Origin: Macrostomum lignano
Lineage: Eukaryota
Assembly (NCBI GenBank): GCA_002269645.1
Contig: NIVC01001736.1
Coordinates: 1 to 36,416, forward strand
DNA: 36,416 nucleotides
Direction of reading: 5' to 3'
Made by a program: the position numbers and the translations under genes. The stretch's first letter is position 1. The number at the start of each line of letters is the position of its first letter. Positions 10,180 to 20,901 of this stretch are shown piece after piece. The notes beneath the pieces were generated by a model. The model saw nothing but the letters and a program-made list of their open reading frames with translations. It did no database searches and was not told where the DNA came from.

Positions 10180-12160
10180 GACACTGGAGTGAATCACAAC
10201 CACAGAGATGAGTTGACACTGGAGTGAGTCACAACCACAGAGATGAGTGACACTGGAGTGACTCATAACCACAGAGATGAGCGACACTGGAGTGACTCAC
10301 AACCACAGAGATGAGTGACACTGGAGTGACTCACAACCACAGAGATGAGCGACACTGGAGTGACTCACAACCACAGAGATGAGTGACACTGGAGTGATTC
10401 ATAACCACAGAGATGAGTGACACTGGAGTGACTCATAACCACAGAGATGAGCGACACTGGAGTGACTCACAACCACAGAGATGAGCGACACTGGAGTGAC
10501 TCACAACCACAGAGATGAGTGACACTGGAGTGACTCACAACCACAGAGATGAGCGACACTGGAGTGACTCACAACCACAGAGATGAGCGACACTGGAGTG
10601 ATTCATAACCACAGAGATGAGTGACACTGGAGTGACTCACAACCACAGAGATGAGTGACACTGGAGTGACTCACAACCACAGAGATGACTGACACTGGAG
10701 TGACTCACAACCACAGAGATGAGTGACACTGGAGTGACTCACAACCACAGAGATGAGTGACACTGGAGTGACTCACAACCACAGAGATGAGTGACACTGG
10801 AGTGACTCATAACCACAGAGATGAGTGACACTGGAGTGACTCATAACCACAGAGATGACTGACACTGGAGTGACTCACAACCACAGAGATGAGTGACACT
10901 GGAGTGACTCATAACCACAGAGATGAGTGACACTGGAGTGACTCATAACCACAGAGATGAGTGACACTGGAATGACTCATAACCACAGAGATGACTGACA
11001 CTGGAGTGACTCACAACCACAGAGATGAGCGACACTGGAGTGACTCACAACCACAGAGATGAGCGACACTGGAGTGACTCATAACCACAGAGATGACTGA
11101 CACTGGAGTGACTCACAACTACAGAGATGAGTGACACTGGAGTGACTCATAACCACAGAGATGAGTGACACTGGAGTGACTCATAACCACAGAGATGAGT
11201 GACACTGGAGTGACTCACAACCACAGAGATGAGCGACACTGGAGTGACTCATAACCACAGAGATGAGTGACACTGGAGTGACTCACAACCACAGAGATGA
11301 GTGACACTGGAGTGACTCACAACCACAGAGATGAGTGACACTGGAGTGACTCACAACCACAGAGATGAGTGACACTGGAGTGACTCACAACCACAGAGAT
11401 GAGTGACACTGGAGTGACTCACAACTACAGAGATGAGTAACACTGGAGTGACTCATAACCACAGAGATGAGCGACACTGGAGTGACTCACAACCACAGAG
11501 ATGAGTGACACTGGAGTGACTCACAACCACAGAGATGACTGACACTGGAGTGACTCATAACCACAGAGATGAGCGACACTGGAGTGACTCACAACCACAG
11601 AGATGACTGACACTGGAGTGACTCATAACCACAGAGATGAGTGACACTGAAGTGACTCATAACGACAGAGATGACTGACACTGGAGTGACTCACAACTAC
11701 AGAGATGAGTGACACTGGAGTGACTCATAACCACAGAGATGAGTGACACTGGAGTGACTCATAACCACAGAGATGAGTGACACTGGAATGACTCATAACC
11801 ACAGAGATGAGTGACACTGGAGTGACTCACAACCACAGAGATGAGCGACACTGGAGTGACTCACAACCACAGAGATGAGCGACACTGGAGTGACTCACAA
11901 CCACAGAGATGACTGACACTGGAGTGACTCATAACCACAGAGATGAGTGACACTGGAGTGACTCACAACCACAGAGATGACTGACACTGGAGTGACTCAT
12001 AACCACAGAGATGAGTGACACTGGAGTGACTCACAACTACAGAGATGAGTGACACTGGAGTGACTCATAACCATAGAGATGAGTGACACTGGAGTGACTC
12101 ACAACCACAGAGATGAGCGACACTGGAGTGACTCATAACCACAGAGATGAGTGACACTGG
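10180..12160. repeat. Minisatellite, 34-bp unit GACACTGGAGTGACTCA(C/T)AACCACAGAGATGA(G/C)(T/C), ~58 copies
   Basis: Period 34 (10283, 10317). Lies in the FANK1 intron and ends ~70 bp before the acceptor. Confidence 0.98.
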
Positions 12161-12231
12161 TGTATCCAAAGGCATAAGCCACTCTGAACCGTTGTCAGCA
12201 ATGGCACCAATTCACCACCACAACGCCGCAG

Positions 12232-12731
12232 GCAAGACCGCCCTCATGCTGGTGGCCTACAAGGGCATCCAGGACAGCGTGGAGTTCCTGCTCGACCGCG
12301 GCGCCTCAGTGCAGCAGCGCGATCGCAAGGGCATGTCGGCTCTGCACTACGCCGTTGACGGCGAGAAGGTCGATGTCATCAAGGCGCTGCTCGCCCACGG
12401 CGCTGACGTCGCCAGCCGGGACACGACCGGCTGCAGCCCGCTGGTCCGCTGCGCCATGCTGAAGAACAACGGCAACGCCAACGTCGCCAAAGTACTGCTG
12501 GGCGCCGGCGCCAATCCCGACGACTCCGACGACACGAGGCAGTGCGCGCTGTTTTACTGCACCCTGCACCGGCACGCCAAGATGGCGGAGCTGCTGTTGG
12601 AGGCCGGCGCGGACCCGAGGGCTCAGACAGAGTCGGGCGTGACGGCCATGTCGGTGGCCGAGGGCCAGGACAGTCGCGTGATGCGCACCCTGCTGGAGAA
12701 GTACATCGAGAAGCGGAAGCGGGCGCAATGA
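12232..12731 (+). CDS. FANK1: FANK1 exon 2 (ankyrin repeats)
   Basis: Acceptor GCAG|GC at 12231/12232 completes a phase-1 Gly, giving SG|KTALMLVAYKG (FANK1 has SGKDSLMLACYAG). Further ankyrin repeats follow (GMSALHYAVDG, GCSPLVRCA, QCALFYC), then a basic C-terminus and TGA at 12729-12731. The joined CDS is 337 aa. Confidence 0.92.
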
Positions 12732-13979
12732 CCCCCTGATATTGCATGTAAAAATATCGATTCTCGAAATCAAATATTGAAAATTTCATATTGCGTATAT
12801 TCTTACGAGTTCCGTTACCGTCGCAAGGTTGAGCCTGGAGATGTTTGTGTAACATAGGGCGCTTTCGAGTAGCTGCTAATGTGTTACTGTTTTATTTTAA
12901 TACTGATTGACAATTAAGAACTTAATCACAAGCATAGATCACTGCTGCTATCCATAAAGGCTTTGATAGTAAAGAGGCTACTCGATCGCGCCCTAGATCT
13001 CATTTTAATTTGCTCTTTATAACCAAGCACAGGGATGTATTTCGATGATGTGGAACTGAATTTTCTGGAACTGTGTCTATGGTCGAATTGGGCAGTTATG
13101 GCCATAGACAGTTGGGCATTGGGGACAGAAAGTTTTGCAGGAACTTCGGCTAATTTTGCCAAAATTCATGCAAACATTCCAGCTCTGTTATATTTGATAC
13201 TGTTGAATTGTGACTAACTGACCTCCGATCTGCACGATTTTGCCCTTGAAATATCTAGAATTAAAATTTCAGCCATATCTTTGAATTCTTGCACACCTCA
13301 GTTAACGAATAATTTCTCATAGGTTAATCCATCAGTCCGTTTGTCATCGCATAATTCAAGCACAATGCCGAGGTACTTTACGATCTAGATGTCAATATAA
13401 AGTAAGATACCCTTTTCACTTTTCAATGCAACCATACTGATGTCACCTGACTAAGCACACTCATACTTGATACTCAGAAAAACCGAAACCTATGCTTTAA
13501 ATACAGTTTTGCTGCAATTTACTGCTTAGCTACTTTCAGTAGCCAATAAGTGCACGGTTGCCCGACCAAGCAACAAAAAGCAAAAGTGTAAAACTAAACC
13601 GTCGAAAGATGACTGACTGACAAACAGAATATGACTGGGAAAGCAGAAGCAAACACAAATTACAGAAAGGACACCGGGACACCCTGCGGCTGTGGAGACT
13701 GGCAGACCGCAGACAGACAGCAGAGGGTGAGGGGGGGGGGCAGCTCCAGCTGGCAGTGCAAATATGAAACGAATCTATGAGGCCAGCTTCTCATGATAGG
13801 CCAGCAACCAAACACTGCTCTGCACTCGTGCTGCGCGTGAGAGCCATGCAGAGCCCTCAGCAGAACAAACAGAGCCCGCCACTTGCAGTGCGATCTGCAC
13901 AGAGTTAAAAGGGCAAACACCAGCTCGATGGGAGGGAAGGTGCAGCTTAGCGAAATTCGACCCGGTTTCTGCCCAGGCA

Positions 13980-14588
13980 ATGTCGTCGGCCTTAGCGAGC
14001 GCTCGCAGCCGCCGCAGTCGCAGCGCCTCGGCCTTGGCCTCGCGTCAACGTCGTCGAGTCTTTGAAATCCGGCGAGACGAATCAACAGGCGGCGGCGTGG
14101 ATAGCGCAGACCGACGCGGCGACAAAGGAGGCCGCTCCGAGTCCGCCACGGTGGAGACGGGCAGCGCGCGCTACCGACTGGCAGCGCAGATCGGCGAGGG
14201 CGCCTTCGGTCGGACCTACCTGGCCAGCCGGCTCTCCGCCAAGGACGACACCGCCAACAGCCGCAGACACCGCCAGGTGGTCATCAAGGCGATGAAATTG
14301 CCGGATCGCGACGATGGACTTGGTGGCGGATTCGATCTGCACCGGCGCAGCCTGGCCTCCATGGACATTGTGCGGAGCATCGCCCACGCCGACACCTGCC
14401 AGCACCCGTTCATCGCCAAGCTGTTGGATTGGCGCTTTGCCCTGCGGCCGGACGAGGCCCCGCTGGAGGTGTACGAGTATTGCCAGGCCGGCGACGCCCT
14501 CGGGCTGCTGGATCACGTGGGCGCCGCCGACGAACCGCATAGAGAGGCCGTCAACCTGCAGGTCCACGTGCTCTACTTGGGAGTGCAG
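13980..14588 (+). CDS. Divergent AGC-like Ser/Thr protein kinase, exon 1
   Basis: IGEGAFGRTYL Gly loop, VVIK lysine, HPFIAKL and EVYEYCQAGD hinge. Donor CAG|GTTCGC at 14588/14589, phase 0. The start codon is assumed; an acceptor-like TTTCTGCCCAG lies 3 nt upstream. Confidence 0.85.
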
Positions 14589-14604
14589 GTTCGCCTTCTA
14601 CTAC

Positions 14605-14785
14605 TGTCTCTCCCTCAAACTCCTGCCCCTCCCCCAAACTCCTGTCTCTCCTTCAAACTCCTGTCTGTCCCCCAAACTCCTGTCTCTCCCTCAAACTCCT
14701 GTCTCTCCCTCAAACTCCTGTCTCTCCCTCAAACTCCTGTCTCTCCCTCAAACTCCTGTCTCTCCCTCAAACTCCTGTCTCTCCC
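14605..14785. repeat. Minisatellite, 19-bp unit CTCCCTCAAACTCCTGTCT, filling the kinase intron
   Basis: CAAACTCCTG at 14711, 14730, 14749. Confidence 0.95.
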
Positions 14786-14795
14786 TTCGCCTTAG

Positions 14796-15512
14796 GTGGC
14801 GGAGGCCATCAGCTACCTGCACGAGAGCGGCTTCATTCACTTTGATTTGAAGCTGGACAATGTCTTTATCGACGCTCTTGGAGACGCGAAATTGGGCGAC
14901 TTCGGCCTCGCCCAGCCCTGCAGACTGGGCGGCCGCTTGCGAAATCCCTACAGCTACTGGCGCTCCTGCTGCGACGCCGCCTCGTTCACCGCCGTCCGCT
15001 GGGTGCCGCCGGAGCAGCTGACTGAGTCGTCGGCAACTCTAGTGGACCACACGGTGGACTGGTTCAGCCTGGGCGCCCTGCTCTTCCACCTGGCCTACAG
15101 GCGGCTGCCCTTCGAGGAGCACCGAACTCGAGCCCTAGCCGGCGTCGACGATCTCGACGACGATGGAGCCGAAAAAGAAGAGGACGACAATATTAGGAAG
15201 AAGCGTCGCTACCTACGACTTTGGCGGGCCGAGCCGCGACCCCGGGTCGACGAGCGGCCCAAACTGAACCAGAGATTCAAGAACCTGCTGTACAACCTGC
15301 TGGCGCACGATCCCAGCCGTCGCCTCGGCGGCTGCGACGCCGTGTTCCAACATTTGCACCGACTTTGCAGCGCCCTCCAGCTAGGCTGGTTCGACTCGGC
15401 CTCTTGCAACGATGTGGACAGAATGCGCCGTCTGGTGCGCAGCCGCGCCATCAGCCGGCCCTACCGGCTGCGCCTCGTGCAGATCGGCGCCGCGGTGGGA
15501 GAATCTCGCTGA
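14796..15512 (+). CDS. Divergent AGC-like kinase, exon 2
   Basis: Acceptor CCTTAG|GTG. Motifs VAEAISYLH, HFDLKLDN, LGDFG, WVPPE, VDWFSLG and LLAHDPSRRLG. The joined CDS is 441 aa. Confidence 0.87.
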   Translation: MAEAISYLHESGFIHFDLKLDNVFIDALGDAKLGDFGLAQPCRLGGRLRNPYSYWRSCCDAASFTAVRWVPPEQLTESSATLVDHTVDWFSLGALLFHLAYRRLPFEEHRTRALAGVDDLDDDGAEKEEDDNIRKKRRYLRLWRAEPRPRVDERPKLNQRFKNLLYNLLAHDPSRRLGGCDAVFQHLHRLCSALQLGWFDSASCNDVDRMRRLVRSRAISRPYRLRLVQIGAAVGESR

Positions 15513-15725
15513 GAATCTCGCAGAATGATGACGCCACTCAGACTCTCATTAAGAATCTCGCTGAGAATCTCACAGAGTGATGACGCCACTCAGACTCTCA
15601 TTAAGAATCTCGCTGAGAATCTCGCAGAGTGATGACGCCACTCAGACTCTCATTAAGAATCTCGCTGAGAATCTCACAGAGTGATGACGCCACTCAGACT
15701 CTCATTAAGAATCTTGTTGAGAATC
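15500..15725. repeat. Tandem repeat, 52-bp unit, ~4 copies, overlapping the kinase stop codon
   Basis: GAATCTCGCT at 15501, 15553, 15605, 15657. Confidence 0.95.
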
Positions 15726-16175
15726 TTCTTCAGAAACCTAATTAGAATTCTATTAAGAATGCTACTAAAAGTAGTTCTGGGAATCTCACTGAGAATATTA
15801 ATGAAAATTTGAATGAGAAAACCAATGAGAATCTCACTAAGAACCTTTTGAAGGCCATTTATGAGGATTTGACAGACCTCAATTAGGGTTAGCGAGCTTC
15901 AGAAAAAAGCAACTCAAAAAGCGTCTGATGTAGCAAATTTCATACATAGTTTTCCCAAATCCGACAATCAAAAAACAACAAAGCTATGATAACAATCGGC
16001 CTTCAAAAGCAACCCACATCTGTTCATTTTCTGTGTTCTGGGGTCCAGTTAGTTGCGTGACGGCCAAAGCAAAGAACAGCAACAGCCGCTAGTGCCAGGC
16101 GGTCATGGGCGGGCAGATCCTTCGATTCCTTGGTTTCTGCATAATTTTTGTTTGAGTTTAGTCAGTCGGAGACAG

Positions 16176-16373
16176 GGGGGGGGCTGTGTGCACCCTGGCG
16201 CACTTTAAGCGACATTGTCACACAACCGGCGAGAGGCATTGCTGCCCATTCCACCGACTCCCCTGAGCAGGTACACAAGCGCGCGGATACGTACGCAGTC
16301 ATACGCACAGGCACACACTCACACAGGAGTGTACAGCGGCCCTAACTTTATTTATAGTTGGACATGTACACTT
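16176..16373 (-). repeat. Dispersed repeat family B, copy 2
   Basis: Reverse complement: AGTGTACATGTC...AAAGTTAGGGCCGCTGTACACTCCTG...TGCTCAGG...GCGCCAGGGTGCACACAGCC. Confidence 0.75.
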
Positions 16374-16431
16374 CATTGCTTGTGCAGTGCCAAGCCGAGA
16401 TTCAAATTTAGCCCCAAATTAATCTGACAGC

Positions 16432-16497
16432 ACTTGGAATCGAGCCTGGGCCGCTGGCACATCAGAGCGCCGCGCCAGACCACTGGGCTATGGCCTC
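16432..16497 (-). mobile_element. tRNA-like Pol III head (SINE-type), different from the CORE-SINE head
   Basis: Reverse complement: GGCCATAGCCCAGTGGTCTGGCGCGG...CCCAGGCTCGATTCC, with A-box TAGCCCAGTGG and B-box-like GGCTCGATTCC. No convincing acceptor stem. Confidence 0.5.
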
Positions 16498-16811
16498 CGT
16501 TTCTGTATAGTAACTTAAATGTTTTTAATATACGGTAACATTTTTGTTTTTTTTCAAGCGCCATTCGATTTTTAAAGTGTAACAGGCTTGTATTTTGTGA
16601 TGGATAAATCTTATAAAATAAACTTGTAGTCTCTCGTACACGTACTCGCAACCTCCGAATACTTTTTTCACTACTTTTAATGTTAACGCACTATGTGTGA
16701 TTTTTAGAAACCTACATGTACAGATTCGCTTCTATTAGTATTTTTTTAATTTAGCACTACAGCCAATTTGTTGGCTTGGATCAGGAGCTTTGGGCGCTGC
16801 CACAGATCAAG

Positions 16812-17000
16812 GCGACAGCTGGCCCGCAGCCAGCGAGCAAGCAAGTAGTCAGGCCCATTCCGCTGGCACCTGAGCACACGCAGGCTCACGGATACGTTTG
16901 CAGGCACACGCCCACACAGGGTGTACAGCAGCCCTGACTTTCGCATCGAAGGGCATCGTGTACACTCTCTCTGTGACTTTAGGATTGGCTTTCATGATGT
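16812..17000 (-). repeat. Dispersed repeat family B, copy 3
   Basis: Reverse complement: CATGAAAGCCAATCCTAAAGTCACAGAGAGAGTGTACACG...GAAAGTCAGGGCTGCTGTACACCCTG...GTGCTCAGG...AGCGGAATGGGC...GCTGTCGC. Confidence 0.75.
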
Positions 17001-17002
17001 AC

Positions 17003-17288
17003 AACGAACTCAGGTTGCAAAGAACTCGGGTTGCAAAGAACTCAGGTTGCAAAGAGCTCGGGTTGCAAAGAACTCGGGTTGCAAAGAACTCGGGTTGCAA
17101 AGAACTCGGGTTGCAAAGAACTCGGGTTGCAAAGAACTCGGGTTGCAAAGAACTCGGGTTGCAAATAACTCGGGTTGCAACGAACTCAGGTTGCAAAGAA
17201 CTCGGGTTGCAAAGAACTCAGGTTGCAAAGAACTCAGGTTGCAAAGAACTCAGGTTGCAAAGAACTCGGGTTGCAAAGAACTCAGGTT
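17003..17288. repeat. Minisatellite, 16-bp unit AGAACTC(G/A)GGTTGCAA
   Basis: Period 16 (17101, 17117). Confidence 0.97.
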
Positions 17289-17688
17289 AACAAAGGGCCT
17301 GTCATTTTGAGTTCGACAAAAATGTATTAGTCGGATCTCTTTGCCTTAATTTAGCTTCACTGACAGCTCTGACTCATGAAAGTTTTTTAATCAGACTGAC
17401 ACATTAGAAAGTTGATTACTGTACTGAAAAAGCGTTTTAATAGTTGCCATGGAAGCTCTTATCTCAGTGTGTCGAAGCTAAACCAATTGATTTAAGTAAA
17501 GCAAAATCTAGCAGATCTCAACTTTAGGCTGCTCCGAATTTCAGATATCTTATCGCCTACTACAGGGGGGGGGTGGGTCAGAGACCCTTGAATTGCACTA
17601 TTTAACCACTAGCGGACTGCAGCAGTACCAATGTTAAACAAAATCTGAACCCAATAATTGCTAATTCACCTGGGAAAGATCAGCAATT

Positions 17689-18015
17689 ATGCAGTCTGCT
17701 TTGTTCAACACTCTGCTGCTCTCTCTGTGCGCTCTCTGCCTCGCTAGCAGGCCGGCTGTCGGGAAGCAGGGAGTCAACACTGACATCCAGCAGGCGGAGT
17801 CAACCTGCCTGCCAGAGATGCCACCGGGGTCTGACCCCCCTGACAGCTCGGCCCCCGACCTGCTACTGCAGATGCACCAGTGGGTGTGGATTGAGAACAT
17901 GACGGATCCCAGCTGGGCGCCCAGGAGCGAGCAAAATTTGCATTCATATTATTTTCTTCGTCAAGGCCAAATTGTGAACGCTTCTATTAGTTTAATTGCG
18001 CTTTCTAACAGCGTG
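17689..18015 (+). CDS. Secreted/GPI-anchored Ly6/uPAR-type protein, exon 1 (signal peptide and N-terminal region)
   Basis: Signal-peptide-like MQSALFNTLLLSLCALCLASRPAVG, 109 open codons and a perfect donor GTG|GTAAGT at 18015/18016 (phase 0) matching the exon 2 acceptor. Confidence 0.65.
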
Positions 18016-18079
18016 GTAAGTGTCCTTTTGATATTAGCTAATGGTTATACGCTCGTAGAAGGGGGCATAGATATAGACA

Positions 18080-18700
18080 GAGAGGCCATAGAGCCATAGG
18101 CCATAGAGAGAGAGGCCATAGAGATAGAGAAACCAAAGAGATAGAGTAGCCATAGAAAAGGAGAGGCCATAGAAAAGGAGAGGCCATAGAAAAGGAGAGG
18201 CCATAGAAAAGGAGAGGCCATAGAAAAGGAGAGGCCATAGAAAAGGAGAGGCCATAGAAAAGGAGAGGCCATAGAAAAGGAGAGGCCATAGAAAAGGAGA
18301 GGCCATAGAAAAGGAGAGGCCATAGAAAAGGAGAGGCCATAGAAAAGGAGAGGCCATAGAAAAGGAGAGGCCATAGAAAAGGAGAGGCCATAGAAAAGGA
18401 GAGGCCATAGAAAAGGAGAGGCCATAGAAAAGGAGAGGCCATAGAAAAGGAGAGGCCATAGAAAAGGAGAGGCCATAGAAAAGGAGAGGCCATAGAAAAG
18501 GAGAGGCCATAGAAAAGGAGAGGCCATAGACTCATAGAGATAGTAAAAAGCCAAAGAGAGGCCATAGAGACCAGAGAGAGGGCCATATGGATTGAGAGAA
18601 GTCACAAAGCTGAAGAGAGGCCATAGGGATGGAGATAGAACCCGTAGAGATAGATAGAGAGGCCATAAAGGCCATAGAGATAGGGAGACCACAGAGAGAT
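18080..18700. repeat. Minisatellite, 17-bp unit GGCCATAGAAAAGGAGA, with degenerate purine-rich flanks
   Basis: Period 17 (18181, 18198); inside the intron. Confidence 0.97.
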
Positions 18701-18844
18701 GCTCTATTTCTCCTCTCTCTCTCTCTCAGCCCCCCGCCAGTCCATAAAAGGACAGTGAGGAGCAGAAATAAGAAAAGTTTCTGACCTAATCAATCAAAGT
18801 GGAAAGCATTGAATACGTATTCCAACATCCGTTTAACTTTCCAG

Positions 18845-19453
18845 TCAGTCAGAGTCGGAATTCTGACCAACGGCAAGACGTTGTGCATGTCAGCCATGAC
18901 TCTCACCAGAAACGAGACCAACAATGGCACCGAGCAGAGCCTGTCCTGCAACAAGGTCTGCTTCGCCAACATTACCAGCCATGGCAAGCCCATGAATTTG
19001 CCGATTCTGGTGCGCAATCAGGAGCGGATTTTGAGAAGATTGACGGAGTACCTGGTCGTGGACAGCCTGGACCCGAGAGAGCGAGACTCGTATAAGTGTC
19101 TGGGCCTGTTCACCAACCGACTGCTCATTGATCTGCCCCGCCTCAACAACTCCTACCGACAGTGCCCGGCCGGTGACATGTGCCTGTTTAACTACGACGG
19201 CTCCGTGATCGATGCCGGATGCAAGAGCAGCTTCCGGTTTGATTGGTGCGTCGGCAACTTCAGCCTGTGCGACTACAGCAGCGGCCGAGACTGCCCGATC
19301 TGCTGCCGCGGCGACTACTGCAACCGGGCGGTGGCCAATGAGATCTACCGGCTGAATCGGGGCATCGCCGACTGTAGCGCCTCCTTACTGACTGTATTGA
19401 CGGCCGCCGCGACGGTGCTGAGTCTGCTGCGACTGCGACAATCCGAGCTGTGA
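18845..19453 (+). CDS. Ly6/uPAR (three-finger)-type protein, exon 2
   Basis: Acceptor TTTAACTTTCCAG|TCA, GC-rich codons, ten Cys from YKC ending in CCRGDYCN (LU-type CCxxDxCN), then a hydrophobic tail LLTVLTAAATVLSLL (GPI-signal-like). The joined CDS is 311 aa. Confidence 0.75.
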   Translation, partial: SVRVGILTNGKTLCMSAMTLTRNETNNGTEQSLSCNKVCFANITSHGKPMNLPILVRNQERILRRLTEYLVVDSLDPRERDSYKCLGLFTNRLLIDLPRLNNSYRQCPAGDMCLFNYDGSVIDAGCKSSFRFDWCVGNFSLCDYSSGRDCPICCRGDYCNRAVANEIYRLNRGIADCSASLLTVLTAAATVLSLLRLRQSEL

Positions 19454-19725
19454 CACACTGGATCCAAGGATTCTTCTTTGGGAAACTCGTATTTGGCTAA
19501 TTTATGCCGTTTGACGCGACGTGTGCAAAATTATTTTATTTAAAAAGGCCCTTCTTTGAAAGTCTGGAATCAGAATAATTTTTATAAATCCATAGACATG
19601 CTGTTTCTTAAATAATTTCATATGCAAAAAATCTGGTTGCAAAAGCTTCTTAGATGGGACTTGACGATATAATTTGTTTGTTTGTTGTGGTGAAAGTCAG
19701 GTGTGCAGGCACACTCAGTCTCAGG

Positions 19726-19818
19726 TGTGTGCGTATGTGCGTGTGTGTGTGTGTGTGTGTGCGTGTGTGTGTGTGTGTGTGTGCGTGTGTGTGTGTGTGT
19801 GTTTGGGTGTGTGTGTGT
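19726..19818. repeat. (GT)n microsatellite
   Basis: Visible. Confidence 0.97.
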
Positions 19819-20339
19819 GCATCTTCCCTGACTTTCTCAGCCTCAAATGGTGCACATGCCTTGTAAATCCCAAGCACAACCCACATGCCTTCATTCTAAA
19901 TCAATGTGACCGCACCCAAGGAATCGAACTCAAGAGCTTTGATGCAAACTTCACTCTTGCCTCATCCGCTTGTGTGCTAGGCGTCGAGCTGTAGCAATGC
20001 ACAACTCTTGTTTTTGTCTAACTACGGCATCAATACGAGCTGGATGTGTAGGAAGACACTGACTCCGTCTTATCGCTATATTCCCTTTTGTGATGCCTCT
20101 GTAGTCTTATCCTTATCCGCATTGTCCTTTGAAGCTGCTGCTGTGTCGCGTGCCTCGTACGCCACTCACTGACATACACAGTGTAGTAGATGAGAAATAT
20201 TCGAGTTGACTGCGGGGCATGATGCTGGCTCAATGAAAGGCTGCTATGGATGCAGTATGCATCGCTTTTTGGCGATCTAACAAAACCAGACTTCATATGC
20301 TGCCCATACAAACCAGCACGAGAGATGTTTAGAAAGAAT

Positions 20340-20901
20340 GGCCATAGACTACGCCCGTATAAGCCATAGACTACGCCCGTATAAGCCATTGACTACGCCC
20401 ATGTAAGCCATTGACTACGTCCGTATAAGCCATTGACTACGCCCGTGTAAGCCATAGACTACGCCCGTATAAGCCATAGACTACGCCCGTGTAAGCCATA
20501 GACTACGCCCGTATAAGCCATAGACTACGCCCGTGTAAGCCATAGACTACGCCCGTGTAAGCCATTGACTAGGCCCGTATAAGCCATAGACTACGCCCGT
20601 GTAAGCCATGGACTACGCCCGTATAAGCCATAGACTACGCCCGTATAAGCCATAGACTACGCCCGTATAAGCCATAGACTACGCCCGTGTAAGCCATAGA
20701 CTACGCCCGTATAAGCCATAGACTACGCCCGTGTAAGCCATAGACTACGTCCGTATAAGCCATTGACTAGGCCCGTGTAAGCCATTGACTAGGCCCGTGT
20801 AAGCCATTGACTACGCCCGTGTAAGCCATTGACTACGCCCGTGTAAGCAATAGACTACGCCCGTATAAGCCATGGACTACGCCCGTATAAGCCATGGACT
20901 A
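20340..20901. repeat. Minisatellite, 22-bp unit GCCAT(A/T)GACTACGCCCGT(A/G)TAA
   Basis: Period 22 (20341, 20363). Confidence 0.97.

Noticed and set aside
10180-12160. CRISPR-like array (palindromic 34-bp repeat); also considered for 26483-28273 and 36148-36416
   Set aside because: Units are head-to-tail with no unique spacers, there are no cas genes, and the context is eukaryotic.
15526-15670. C/D-box snoRNA in the 52-bp repeat (RTGATGA and CTGA)
   Set aside because: The boxes are only ~40 nt apart within a tandem unit, with no clear terminal stem or antisense target, and the site is not intronic.
17930-18015. Micro-exon CGTG (CTAACAG|CGTG|GTAAGT) instead of a continuous LU exon 1
   Set aside because: No suitable upstream donor, and the frame reads through without stops; RNA-seq would settle it.
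20030-20389. 119-aa minus-strand ORF, with a segment loosely like a GPCR TM7
   Set aside because: It starts inside a minisatellite, has a single weak hydrophobic stretch and no partner exons.
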